NCBI RefSeq assembly: GCF_009914755.1
Contig: NC_060928.1
DNA length: 64,000 nucleotides
Direction: 5' to 3' (one strand)
Origin: the human T2T-CHM13v2.0 reference genome, Homo sapiens
Shown here: positions 42,740 through 55,088 of the stretch, piece by piece
Layout: each line of letters opens with the position of its first letter
Position numbering within the stretch: position 1 is the stretch's first letter
Translations under genes and position numbers: made by a program
Notes under the pieces: generated by a model
Seen by the model: only the letters and a program-made list of their open reading frames with translations
Database searches by the model: none
What the model was told of the DNA's origin: nothing

Positions 42740-43761
42740 TTATATTTTGGCACGTTTTTGCAGTGGCTGGTACCAGTTTTTCCTTTCCATATTTAGTGCT
42801 TCCTTCAGGAGCTCTTGTAAGGCAGGCCTGGTGGTGACAAAATCCCTCAGTATTTGCTTGTCTGTAAAGGATTTTAATTCTTCTCCACTTATGAAGCTGA
42901 GTTTGTCTGGATATGAAATTCTGGGTTGAAAATTCTTTTCTTTAAGAATGTTGAATATTGGTCCCAATTCTCTTCTGCTTGTAGAGTTTCTGCAGAGAGA
43001 GCCACTGCTAGTCTGATAGGCTTCCCTTTGTAGGTATCCTTACCTTTCTCTCTGGGTGCCCTTAACATTTTGTCCTTTTTTTCAGCCTTGGGGAATCTGA
43101 TGATTATGTATCTTGGGGTTGCTCTTCTTGGGGAGTATCTTTGTGGTGTTCTCTGTATTTCCTGAATTTGAATGTTGGCCTGTCTTTCTAGGTTGGGGAA
43201 GTTCTCCTAGATAATATACTGAAGTGTGTTTTCCAACTTGGTTTCATTCTCTTTGTCACTTTCAGGTACACCAGTTAGTCATAGGTTTGGTCTTTTCACA
43301 TAGTCCCATATTTCTTGGAGGCTTTGTTTGTTCCTTTTCATTCTCTTTTCTTTGATCTTGTCTTCATGCCTTATATCATTAAGCTGATCTTCAGTCTCTG
43401 ATATCCTTTCTTCTGCTTGATCGATTTGGCTACTGATACTTGTCTATGCTTCATGAACTTCTCGTGCTGTGTTTTTCAGCTGCATCAGTTCATTTATGTT
43501 TCCCTCTAAACTGGTTATTCTGGTTAGCAGTTCCTGTAACTTTTTATCAAGGTTCTTAGCTTCCTTGCATTTGGTTAGAATGTGTTCCTTTAGCTCAGAG
43601 GAGTTTGTTATTACCCACTGTCTGAAGCCTACTTCTGTCAATTCATCAAACTCATTCTCCATCAAGTTTCGTGCCCTTGCTGGAGAGGGGTTGCGATCAT
43701 TTGGAGAAGAGGCATTCTGTTTTTTAGAGTCTTTAGCATTTTTTCACTGATTTTTCCTCAC
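42740..43761 (-). pseudogene. L1 ORF1, disrupted
   Basis: Fragments 'MENEFDELTEVGFRQWVITNSSELKEH' (43444-43665) and 'GPIFNILKEKNFQPRISYP...RPALQELLKEALNME' (42740-42967). Confidence 0.9.
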
Positions 43762-44697
43762 CTTTGTGGATTTATCTATCTTTGATCTTTCAGGCTGATG
43801 ACCTTTGGATGGGGTTTTATGAGGGGATTTTTTTTTGTTAATGTTGATGTTATTGCTTTCTATTTGTTAGTGTTTGTTCTAACAGTCAGGCCCCTGTTCT
43901 GCAGTTCTGCTGCAGTTTGTTGGAGTTTCACTCCAGACCGTGTTTGCCTGGGTATCACCAGTGGAGGCTGCAGAACAGTAAAGACTGCTGCCTGCTCCTT
44001 CCTCTGGAAGCTTCGTCCCAGAAGGGCACCAGCCTGATGCCAGCTGGAGCTCTCCTGTATGAAATTTCTTTCGACCCCTGCTGAGAGGTCTCTTCTAGTC
44101 AGGAGTCATGGGGTCAAGGACCCACTAGAGGACACAGTCTGTCCCTTTAGCAGAGCTTGAGCACTGTGCTGGGAGAATCCTCCTTGTCAGGATCCACTGC
44201 TCTCTTCAGAGCCGGCAGGTAGGAACGTTTAAGTCTGCTGAAGCTGTACCCACAGCTGTCCCTTCCCCCAGGTGTTCTGTCCCAGGGAGATGGAAGTTTT
44301 ATTTATAAGCCTCTGACTGAGGCTGCTGCCTTTCTTTCAGAGACTCCCTGCCCAGTGAGGAGGAATCTAGATAGGCAGTCTGGCCGCAGCTGCTTTGCCG
44401 TGCTCTGCTGCATTCAGTCCAGTCTGAACTTCCTGGCCTCCTTAGCACTGTCAGGGGAAAACCACCTACTCAAGCCTCAGTAATGGTGGAGGCCTATTCC
44501 CCAACCAAGCTCTATTGTTCCAGGTTGACTTCAGACTGCTGTGCTGGCAGAGAGAATTTCAAGCCAGTGGTTCTTAGCTTGCTGGGCTCCCTGGGATTGG
44601 GACCCACTAAGCGAGACCACTTGGCTCCCTGGCTTCAGCCCCATTTCCAGGGGAGTGAATGGTCTTGTCTCGCTGGGGTTCCAAGCACCACTGTGGT

Positions 44698-44701
44698 AAA
44701 G

Positions 44702-44733
<32 letters not shown>

Positions 44734-44740
44734 AACCAAA
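44698..44740. repeat. (AAAAC)n microsatellite inside the L1 5' UTR
   Basis: Directly visible. Confidence 0.9.
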
Positions 44741-45299
44741 CTCCTGCAGCTAGCTCAGAGTCTGCCCAAACCAGCCGCCCAGTTTTCTGCTTGAAACCCA
44801 GTGCCCCGGTGTTGCAGGCACACAAGGGAGTCTCCTGGTCTGCAGATTGCAAAAACTGTGGGGAAAGTGTAGTACCTAGGCTGGAAAGCACAGTCCCTCA
44901 CAGCTTCCCTTGGCTGAGGGAAGGAGGCCCCTGGCTCCTTGCACTTCCTGGGTGAGTCGATGCCCCACCCTGCTTCTGCTCACCCTCCATGGGCTGCACC
45001 CACTGCCTATCCAGTCCCATTGAGATGAACTGGATACCTCAGTTGGAAATGCAGAAATCACCCACCTGCGTTGGTCTCTCTGGGAGCTGCAGACCGAAGC
45101 TGTTCCTATTTTGCCATCTTGCCAGATCTCCTGACCCTCTTGCCAGGTCTCTGCTTTTTTCTATACATGAGTTGTTGCAAGATGACAGGAATTAAATGAT
45201 ATAGGTAGGTTAAAAAAATTCCAAACCCAGAAATCTCACCTATAGGGTGTGGAGTGAGAATAGAGAAAAAACAAACTTTAAGGTAAATCTTTGACTCCT

Positions 45300-46110
45300 T
45301 TACAACATTTGCTTATTTTTCACTACCAATCGATGATTAAAACCTGTTGTTTCTGCTTTTGAAGAAACTCTCCCTGTATCACTTCTTTTCAATCTTGATG
45401 CTCTCATACATGAACTGGTCATTTCTTGACCTGGGCTGTCACTGCCTTTGAGATCACTGCTGGTTTTGCTTCAACCCCAATACAACTTCTGGAATGCTAC
45501 TAGAATAACCTCTGAGAAATAGCTTTGAATCCCTCTCTTAAATATTTTTACTTCATAATGTCCCATACCATCATCATTTACTTGTGGGCCTCGGCCTTAC
45601 CTTTTTGGACTTATGTTAAATTATCTTCTACCTCACAGATATATCTCCAGCTCACAAAACACTTCCATTTCTCAAGCACAGCAAGGAGTTTCAATTATTC
45701 TGCTGAAAACTCTCCCTCAATCCTCTCCTTCACCTGGGTAGATACTAATTTCAAAATTCAGCTCAGATTGCAGCCACTTTCCCTAGGAAACAAACATTTT
45801 TTGAGCTGAGTAAAGTGCTCTAATAGTATATTATGCTGTTGGATGTAAATGTGTTTTTGCCTCTTTCCTCACTAGGATGATAGGAGGGACTCTGTTTTTT
45901 TGTCTCTGAAGCCCCATTAGTTAAATCAGTAAACACCCAGTAAGTTTCTAAGTACAGCCAGTGCTGGACTCTGGAAATGAAGATTCAGTTCCTAAACTTA
46001 AAGAAGTTATAATCTAGTTGGGAAACAGACAAATAAGGACAATTACGTACCACAAAGTAAGCATGTGGTAGGTAATCCAAGGAGGCCATAAAAGCACAGT
46101 AGAGGACATC
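45300..46110. mobile_element. Diverged L2 fragments (+ then -)
   Basis: L2-like body 45300-45950; antisense 'gtgctggactctgga...aagaagttataatctagttgggaaacagacaaata'. Confidence 0.55.
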
Positions 46111-47404
46111 CAAATGCAGTACGGAAAAGTGGGAGTCATTCCGTGACTACCACCACCCAATTCTGAAAGACTAAGGCTGTTGAATAATTATGTCACCCGT
46201 TACTTTTTGTGTACATGCATTGCTCAAGGCTTAGATAAATAACACCTCTGTAGACATTACAGATAATGCATAAAAGGTTAATTCATTGGGACAAAATCTA
46301 TGTAGGTCCACAAAATTAAATATCTTTGACATATTTCTTCAAGAATGAATCTAGGGCCTCCTTTATAATTCTTCTATCTAGAAAATATATTTGATGCTAA
46401 TTCAAAAATTATTGTAGCTTTAAGGGATTTTAGAAGAGGTTAAATTGATTATGCAAATAGAAATTAATTACATGTTGCTTCTTGGAGGATGATGTTGACA
46501 GCGATGCTGAGATTGTGTCTTGGTTCCATTGTCGATGGTGCTATAATTGGTTGCTGATGTCTGTCAGGAAGTGGATAATAGCATTACAAGTGCCAACTCA
46601 CCTTTAAATGTTGTTCATTGAGTTCAAAACAGCATTTTACGCATGAAAAGGACTGAGACATAGAGAGTTGAAGTGACTTTATCACACAATGAGTATGTCT
46701 CAGAAATAGAGATAGACACTACATCTTTTGTTTCCAAGACCAATGAAGTTTCTCTTGAACAGAATTGCTATTCTGATTTTTTTTTGGTGTAAATAAACAA
46801 AAGTTTCAGAGTCCTTTTCTCAAAGAGTGAAAGTAAAACAATAAAAAATTTCATTAAGATGCAAGAAATAATTAATGATAGTTTTCATATAATTATCAAT
46901 TTTGGGTTCTTCATTCATATCAGAAATAACAAAGGAATAACAAATGACACTTATTCTATCCCAGAAGGGTCGTTTGTCCTGGATAAGCTGGTATTATTTT
47001 GAAAGCTTAGGAAGCCCAAGCTACCAAAGAAGGTATTGTGATATCACTTAACCAAACAAAAGGAAAATAAAGTCCAGTTCTTGTATTTTGGAGTCTGCTT
47101 GATATTGTTATTCATTTTTCTCTCCAAACAAAGTTATTTATAATAAGTAACATATTATGAGTTTTTATTAATATATAAAATTAGGTAGTTCCTCCATTTT
47201 ACAAAGAAATGTTAGGAAAATACTTAGAAATATACTAAAATTATTACTCTTAGTTATTTGAAGATTTATAGTTCACCATCTATTACTTTGTTCTACCTGC
47301 CATCCTCCTCTTTAATTCATTTTGATGGAAGATTTTTTCTAACTGTGGATTGTTAAAATATATATCGTTATATTACTGTAACATGACTTCAGAGTTCTTT
47401 TTTG

Positions 47405-47612
47405 CACAACACAGTTCACTGGAACTTTCTGCAATGATGGAAATCATCTGTGCTGCCTAATATGGTGACCACTAAGTGTATGTGTCCACTGAGCTCTTGA
47501 AATGCAGCTGGTGTAACTGAGGAACTGAATTTTTAATTTTACTTAATTTCAATTAAAATTAAGATTTAAACAGCCATACATGGCTAATGGGTACTGTATT
47601 AGATAGCACATG
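47405..47612. mobile_element. MER3 (hAT-Charlie) DNA transposon
   Basis: 'gaactttctgcaatgatggaaat...gtaactgaggaactgaatttttaattt...cagccatacatggctaatgggtactgtattagatagcaca'. Confidence 0.88.
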
Positions 47613-48769
47613 CCTAGCAGGTACTTTTACTGTCACCAATACTTTATTCACATTATGAGACATCTATTTCTTCAAGTTCCTGTCCACTTTTTAGCTGTTG
47701 AAACTATTCTTTAAGAGATACTCCCTAGACAGCAGCAAAATCCTTCAGACTCCCCTCTGAACCAAACCTCATATTACAACTGTCTGTGGATCTGCCCATT
47801 TGACTGGTATGGTATTAATTTATATTATTAAAGCAAGATACAACTTATCTTTTATTTCTTGTTGCTGAGCACTGTCTTTACAATAAAGGACATAAAGGTT
47901 AGAAAGGCTATTTAACTTAGGGGACCATGCTAATAATGACGATACTATAATGGGTGACAAAAACTTTCTTATCATTCAGAAAAAGTATGCCCTTAATAAC
48001 ATTTTTGTACATAAAATTGGACAAATTATGAGTTGCCTTGCAATAACCCGGGTTTGTCACAAATTGTATAGAAATGCATCTACTGAATGATAAAAGAAAA
48101 CCAGGACAGTCTGTAAACGTCAGTCCATTGCTCCAGGGCACTGGGCTGTGCCTTGTTAAATTTTAGTAAATTTTATTTTCTGATTACAATTATTAGCATC
48201 CTTTTCTGGGCTTGTAAAATAGTTGAATCATAGGGATAGATAAAAACACACAGAAACACTCTCAGAGTTGAAATATGGATGATAAAAAAATGAAAAAAGA
48301 GAGAGAAACAGGTGATAGAAAGTAAAAGAATTGTAAATGCAGATAAATTCGCTGAAAAGGCATTCGGTAGCGGGTTTGGTTAAATAGCCTTTATGACCTG
48401 ATAGTGATAACAAAGAAAATAATGAGCTTCAGCTACCTACCACTGTTTCCCAATATAGAAAATATATAGTGTATGTTTCCTAGGTTTAGTTGTGGTTTAT
48501 GTTTTAACTTGTTACATGCTATTAAAAGTCATCAGATCATACATCTACACAGTGGGTTTATCATTTGCTATTGCATCAAATTCCAAAATATAGATAACAA
48601 ATTTTTTAAAGTAAAAAATAGGGAATGATTTAATGAGAAAAATACTGCTAATTTTATATATCTGTGTTTTGTACACCAAAGGTACTTTGTCAGCTTCTTG
48701 TCACTGTCACTCTTCTAATAATTGGATGGTATCTTTCAGGGTATCAGTCTTAGAGAAGAGTGTGACATT

Positions 48770-49250
48770 TATTTATTCATTTGTAAAATAAAAATATATC
48801 AAGACCCAGTGTATGTCAGTTCTGTGCTGATTGTCTGAAATACGGAGAGTAAGTCATGGCACCTGCCATCAATATGCTCACAGTCTGCTTGAAGATTCTT
48901 GATATAGGCCAACAGGATGCCCATAAGATTATGAAAAAGGTGCCATGCAGCAGTAGAGGAGAGGCAAAGTTTGGGGAATTTGGGAAAGTTTACCATATGA
49001 AATTACCCTTGAGATAAGCCATGAATGAGGTAAAAGGAGAAGGAGCATTTTAGATAGAACACATAAAAAGGCATAACCTTGAAAAAGTTCAGCATTGATA
49101 GAATTAATGGTTTCCGTGGAGAGCAATGAGTTTAGAGCATCCAGATCTTGATAAATCTTGTATACCATGTTAAAAAGATTTGATTTTTTTTTTCTGGAGA
49201 AGTAGAGTTTTAAAATTTTATTCTTGAATTGGTTTGTCAAAAGAGGTCTT
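48770..49250 (-). mobile_element. L2 fragment
   Basis: 'atttatttattcatttgtaaaat...cagttctgtgctg...agtcatggcacctgcc...gctcacagtct'. Confidence 0.65.
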
Positions 49251-49258
49251 TTAAAGTA

Positions 49259-49652
49259 CAGTTGATGCTTGAACAACATGGGAGTTGCCCAAGTAACTTT
49301 TGACTCTTTCAAAAATTAACTACGTATAGCCTACTGTTGATCAGAAGCCTTATCAATAATATAAACAGTTGATTAACACACATTTTGTATGCTTTATGGA
49401 TTATATACTGTGCTCTTAAAGTAAGCTAGAGAAAAAATGTTACTAAAATGATAAAGAAGATAAAATAATTACTTTTAAGTAGATGTGGATCATCATAAGG
49501 GTCTTTGTTACCTTCACATTGAGTAGGCTGAAAAGGAGGGAGAGGAAGGGTTGGTCTTGCTGTCCCAGGGGTGCCAGAGTCAGGAGAGCTACACAGGTCC
49601 ATGTATAAGTGGATCTGTGTCGTTCAAACTCATGTTGTTCAAGGTTGAAATA
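49259..49652 (-). mobile_element. Tigger2a/MER28-like DNA transposon
   Basis: TA|CAGTTGATGCTTGAACAAC TIR; internal 'ttgagtaggctga...gggttggtcttgctgtc'; ends 'gttgttcaaggttgaaata'. Confidence 0.88.
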
Positions 49653-49749
49653 TAATTTATATATAAATAATTTATCACTTTATTTTTTTTTCAGACCAAT
49701 GACTGTAGAAATCAAGCATGGTAGACATTAATGTATTCACTCCATAAAT

Positions 49750-49856
49750 GTTCAAACAAGCTTAAGATGAGAAATGTTTTGCCCAATATCAGCTTGTAGG
49801 GCCAGAGCTGAAACACAAACCAGGTTTCCAGACTTCAAGTTCAGTGCTTTAAGCTA
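49750..49856 (-). mobile_element. MIR fragment
   Basis: 'ttgcccaatatcagcttgtagggccagagctgaaacacaaaccagg...gacttcaagttcagtgcttt'. Confidence 0.6.
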
Positions 49857-50261
49857 CTGCTGCCTCTTAAACAACACAGGTTTGAACTGTGTGGGTCCAC
49901 TTACACATGGATTTTCTTCTGCCTTTGCTGCCTCTGAGATAGCAAGACCAACTTCTCCTCTTTCTCATCCTCCTCAGCCTACTCAATGTGAAGATGACAA
50001 AAATGAAGACATTTATTATGATCCAATTCCACTTAATGAATAGTAAATATATGTTTTTCTTACTTTATTGTAAAAATAGAGTATATAATACAAATAACAC
50101 ATAAAATATGTGTAATCAGCTGTTTATGTTATTGCTAAGGCTTCCAGTAAACAGCAGGCTATTAGTAGTTAAATTTTGAGGGAGTAAAATGTTATACATA
50201 GATTTCTGACTACGTGGAAGTACTGACGACCCCAACCCCCATGTTGTTCAACTGTCAACTG
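49857..50261 (+). mobile_element. Tigger2a/MER28-like DNA transposon
   Basis: 'aacaacacaggtttgaactgtgtgggtccactta...cagcctactcaatgtgaagatgac'; ends 'gttgttcaactgtcaactg|TA'. Confidence 0.9.
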
Positions 50262-50499
50262 TATTTGGTTTAGAAAATAATATATCTGGTCTCTAAATTA
50301 AAGCAATTTTAGCTTTTGGTAGCTTATCATCATTGTGGTCAATAGAGACCATGTTCCAAGTAATGAATAATCATAAAACCCACTCTTCTTTCTCTGTTAT
50401 GAGGTCAAGATACAAAAAGAATTAAGGTTTTTATTTCTCAAGAAATAAATAATGGACTAATTTTGTTTTCTTGAACATTAATCAGATCTGCTTCAAATA

Positions 50500-50865
50500 T
50501 TTTTAGTTTTTTAGAGCTGCTATGACAAAAATACCATAAACTGGATGTTTTATGAATAACCAACATTTATTTCTCACAGTTCTGGAGGCTAGGAAGTCCA
50601 AGATCAAGGTGCTGGCAGATTCAGTTTTAATGAGGGCCCATTCCCATTCCTCATAAATGGTACCTTCTTTCCATGTTCTCTTGTGGTGGAGAGAGCAAGG
50701 TATTTATCAGGGCTCTCTTTTATAAGGGCACTAAGCCCGCTCATGAGGGTTCTGCTCTTATGCTCTAATCACCTCCCCAGGGCCCCGCCTTTTATTATCA
50801 ACACCTTGAGTGTTAGTATTTAAATACATGAATTTTAGGGTGACACAAACATTCAGATCACAGCA
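50500..50865 (-). mobile_element. MLT1A/A0 MaLR solo LTR
   Basis: 'gctgctatgacaaaaataccataaactgg...gtccaagatcaaggtgctggcagattc...gacacaaacattcagatcacagca'. Confidence 0.88.
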
Positions 50866-52776
50866 CAGTCAAATTTCTCTTTAAGTTTTTCATTGTATGG
50901 ATTTAGACACCCCCCATCCTGCCATCCCCAGTTAGATTCTATACATTTAAGTTTCTACTGCTACCTTTCTAACCCAAGAAAAACTTAATGTTTGGATGTA
51001 GTTCAATTGATCCTAAGTCTTCAAAGAAATACAGAGGTGTTTCTTTCAGAGAAATGAAACTAAACAGCTTAACTATTAAGATATATATAACCACACAAAT
51101 AATCTTTGCTTTCCCACTCCATTTCCTAATAAGTCATGCAGATAATCAAAACAGAGTGGAGGAAGTCTTGGATCAATTAACATGGTACAGTTGAATACAC
51201 TTACACAGGGAAAACACAGATGTTTTTCTGTGACTTAGCCTTCATGTTTTTCTTAACTAATTTTAGAGGGAAAGAATGTAATATCTTAAATGTTAAAAAA
51301 TAGGCAACATAAAATTTTTAAAAATGAGAATATATTTGAAAATCATTATTTTGAAAACTTTTATGGAAGAATCATTTCCTCAGTTTGATCTTTAAATATG
51401 CAATTTAAGTTAACTTCTCAGTGTTTTCTCACATTTATTAATGAATTTAGCAATTTCTTCTATTATACATAGGCTTTTTATGTAATGCAATGAAAACAAA
51501 CCACTAATGAGAAAAACATTTTTCTCTTTTAATGTGTAACGTTGGACAGTTCAGAAAATGAACAATTATGAAACATACATTTGAACTGCCGGTCGTGTTT
51601 ACACAAATAATATTTAATTTTAGATTATGAAAATGTCATATAGACTCAACTATAGTAAATTATAAAACATATACATTTATAACTTAAAAGCGTATATTAT
51701 TTTATTGGGGACAATAAAATAAGCATTTTAAGGGAATATACTGGGAAGATGCAGAGATGAAGGCTTGGCAGTGACAAGCATTAAAGAATTCCAAATGTGT
51801 TTTAGAAATATTAATAGGAGTTCCATGGGTTATTGCTCCATCACAGTCAGGTAACCAATCCCAAATTTCCCTTGTGTCCCTGAGGACCCTTTGCTGCCAC
51901 GTATTACTCATAAAGCTGCATTGATTTGCCTACCTAAGCAAAATAACATTTATTAAAAGGATATTAGTGAGTCATAGAATTGGGTGATGGCTGAACATTT
52001 ATTGGGAAAATAAGCAAGAGATATGAAAGTTTGGGAAGGCCACCCTGCAGAATCCACAAAGTCACCCCGTGGAAAGATTGTAATCCAAATGCATGTACCG
52101 CGATGAATATGACCTCCAGCCTCTATATATCACTGTGATAATTCAAGACTCAAAGACTATAAAGAAAATATCTGATAAGCCTGTTCAGTGACTGTTTAAT
52201 GATTGTGCCAGAGCAGGGAGAGACTGTTGCTTTGGCTTTCCTAGTGGGTGCCATCTTGAAAGATGATACACAAATGATTCTCCATAAGAGAGAGAATAGC
52301 ACTATGGGTGGGATATTTGAAGCTGAGCAGTAAATAAACAACAAATTTTTACTACAAAGATGTGTCTCCTTGTTTCTCAGATGCATGCAACTGGCATGGA
52401 ATTTAAAACATTTTTTAAATGATGCAAATAATAGCTATGCTGTCTATGTAAATCTCATAATAAAGGTTACTTGAGGAGTATGCTGGCCCTAAACCAAAAT
52501 ACCTAATGGAAGAAAACATATTTCAGTTATTAATCTTCCAATGTATTTTTCTTCTGATATATTTTTTCATATCTTCATTCTTTCATTTTTCCCTTTAGAT
52601 CATCTCCATTTATAAATTCACCTTCTGCTTGTTTTCCCCTTTGTCATTTCCCTTGGTCATCGCCTAAAATTTACTTGCATGTGGGCATTTAAACTGATAT
52701 AACTGTCTTAGTTTGGTCTATCCAAGAAATATATCCTTATGCAAGGATTTGGCTGAAAGCATTTTATTTGGAAGGT

Positions 52777-52846
52777 AATATAGTTTGAATATTTGTCCCT
52801 TCCCAAATCTCATGTTGAAATACATTCCCCAGTGTTGGATGTGAGG
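52777..52846 (+). mobile_element. MST LTR 5' fragment
   Basis: 'atagtttgaatatttgtcccttcccaaatctcatgttgaaat...ccccagtgttgga'. Confidence 0.7.
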
Positions 52847-53044
52847 TATCTTGTCTCTCTTTCAAAAGCAATTTCAAGAGTAGTTAATTCATGTACCCAG
52901 GAGCAGCCCATGTTCAACCACTTGCTGATACAGGGTTACAAATGCCCTGCTTCCTTAACCTCATTTTGGGGCATCTTTGAAGGAACAGGCTTGCTTCAGA
53001 GCTCCTTGTCAGATTGGCTGAGGCCACCATTGAAACTGCATCAC

Positions 53045-53461
53045 TTTTCGAGGAGTATCTTTGGAATACTATACAGCCATAAAAAAGGATGAGTTCATGT
53101 CCTTTGCAGGGACATGGATGAAGCTGGAAACCATCATTCTCAGCAAACTAACGCAGGAACTGGAAACCAAACACTGCATGTTCTCACTCATAAGTGGGAG
53201 TTGAACAATGAGAACACATGGACACAGGGAGGGGAACATCACACACTGGGGCCTGTCAGATGGTGGGGGGCTAGGGGAGAGAGAGCATTAGGAGAAATAC
53301 CTAATGTAGATGATGGGTTGATGGGTGCAGCAAACCATCACGACGTGTGTATACCTGTGTAACAAACCTGCACGTTCTGCACATGTATCCCAGAACTTGA
53401 AATATAGTTAAAAAAAAGAACAACAGAAAAATAATAAAGTAAATTATATATATATATGTAT
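53045..53461 (+). mobile_element. L1PA7-like 3' fragment with 12-bp TSD and short inverted 5' tag
   Basis: TSD AAACTGCATCAC at 53033-53044 and 53462-53473; sense L1 from about 53062 'tggaatactatacagccat' to an A-rich tail. Confidence 0.93.
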
Positions 53462-55088
53462 AAACTGCATCACAGCTCAGTGTCTCCATCTGTCCAATCC
53501 TGTTTGCCTCACTGCCTCATAAGCTTGTTTTTATTTTTCCCCTATGAGTGAGCATACCTGGTAAACTTCCTATAAGCAAATTTCCTTCTGAAAATATTTC
53601 CTGGGAGACACAACTAAGACAGAAACAAGTGAGGAGTAGACTATTGACAAAGGTGGAAATAATGACTCCTACCTTTCTATACAAGTGTGGTAGATGGTCA
53701 TTGTTGTTACTTGTATTTATTTATTCTAAGCATATGCAGAAATGAATTCTCATGCTTAGCCTTAGTCCATATAGGCTGCAGTTGTTAGTGTTTACTGGTG
53801 CATATTGTATCAGTATTCTAATATTGAACACTTGTAGCTTAATTTGAATTCTATTGTATACAAATACAGTATCAAGTAAATGTTGACCCATGAAGCATAC
53901 AAAAGAGAAATTGTTTTATGGACTGTCATGAATATAAGCAATTCAGAAAAGATTTGGATCGTCATCTAGGGAGCTTAGAGTTGTTGAGTGTATCCTTCAT
54001 TTGTCAAGTCTTATTTTGTTAGTGTCAATCTTATTTTTTCTCAGAAATATTGAGAGGGAAATGCTAAGCAGGTTATTACAATTAGTTTTCTGTAAAAATA
54101 TTGACTTGCATTACTAGCAATCTTAATGTTACCTTGTGATTTATCTTCCATAGTTTCTGGCAGCACAGGCAATCCAAGCCTGTGCTGGACTTTGCAGACA
54201 TTTATTTTATTCTGAAGTTTTCCACCCCCTCCTCATCTTGAATAAAAAGAGGATTTTTACTTTGCAGTGATTCTGCCTCACCAAAGCTGTGAAATCACTT
54301 TTCTACTATATGAACTCAAATAACTTGCTGAAAAGGCTCCCTCTTTTTCTCACAGTTAAAAACTCATTTCTTTCCTATTTATCTTAATATATCTTATAGT
54401 TCCTTAGAACGGGAAATAGGCATGGCTGCGAGGGAAAGTACTGCTATTCTCAAGGCCTTCTTCTCTGAGGACTGGAAAATTAGGCTTGACCTTTTCCCAG
54501 CATAGTACCACGGAATAGCTAGAGCATGCTATGGATTTGAAAAATAAAAGGAAGACTGAGACCAAAGAAAGGCCGTTAATACACTCTACAAAAAGAAAAA
54601 AAAAAAAGCTTCCTATTCTCAGCTATATTAACTTTAGATAAAAGGTTTAATTAGAGTAGAATCTTTAATATGCTTGTCTGATATGTATTTTTACTTTTTG
54701 TCAAGAAAGTAAATGAGAGAAGCTTTAGAATTTCACCAAAGTGATCTCATGGATATAATGAGGTTAACAAGCTGAAATTAGGCTCTTGGGCTTAGAAAAA
54801 AAAATAATTCACGTATGAAAAAAATGTTTAATTAAATGGAAGTGCCTGCATCCAAATAGCACAATTTGCTAGTCAGAGATAAGAAGCTGTGATAGACCTG
54901 AGGAGAGAAGATAATAACAATGTAAAGCTGTATGAGGTTTAAGAATCAAAGTGTTCATTTTAGTATTCTTGTATCCCTCAGCCTCCTGGTACTGCTAGAG
55001 AAAAAAGAAACATAACACGTAGAATTAGCTTTGAGAAAGACAAAACCATACTTTATACCCAGTATGGAGCCCACCCTGTAAATCTGCT

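Larger units (their letters stand above)
39143..45131 (-). mobile_element. Near-full-length L1PA8-like LINE-1 (5' UTR, ORF1, ORF2, 3' UTR, polyA), inactive
   Basis: 5' UTR about 43770-45131; ORF1 and ORF2 peptides in the ORF track (endonuclease 'CCIQETHL', RT 'LFADDMIVY'); 3' UTR 'ggttttaagccctgcacgcattag'; poly(T) at 39143-39162. Confidence 0.97.
52704..53620 (-). mobile_element. Old ERVL LTR (LTR16-like), interrupted by an MST fragment and an L1PA
   Basis: Start 'tgtcttagtttggtctatccaagaaat...gcaaggattt...ttttatttggaaggt'; end 'tttcctgggagacacaactaagaca'. May be two LTR pieces. Confidence 0.5.

Noticed and set aside
39373-43761. L1 ORFs as an active retrotransposon or new reverse-transcriptase system
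   Set aside because: Standard L1 ORF1/ORF2 broken by stops, frameshifts and deletions.
46480-46610. Coding-looking stretch and a minus-strand AAG|GTGAGT donor near 46601
   Set aside because: No recognisable peptide, no matching acceptor, and adjacent sequence is MIR-like.
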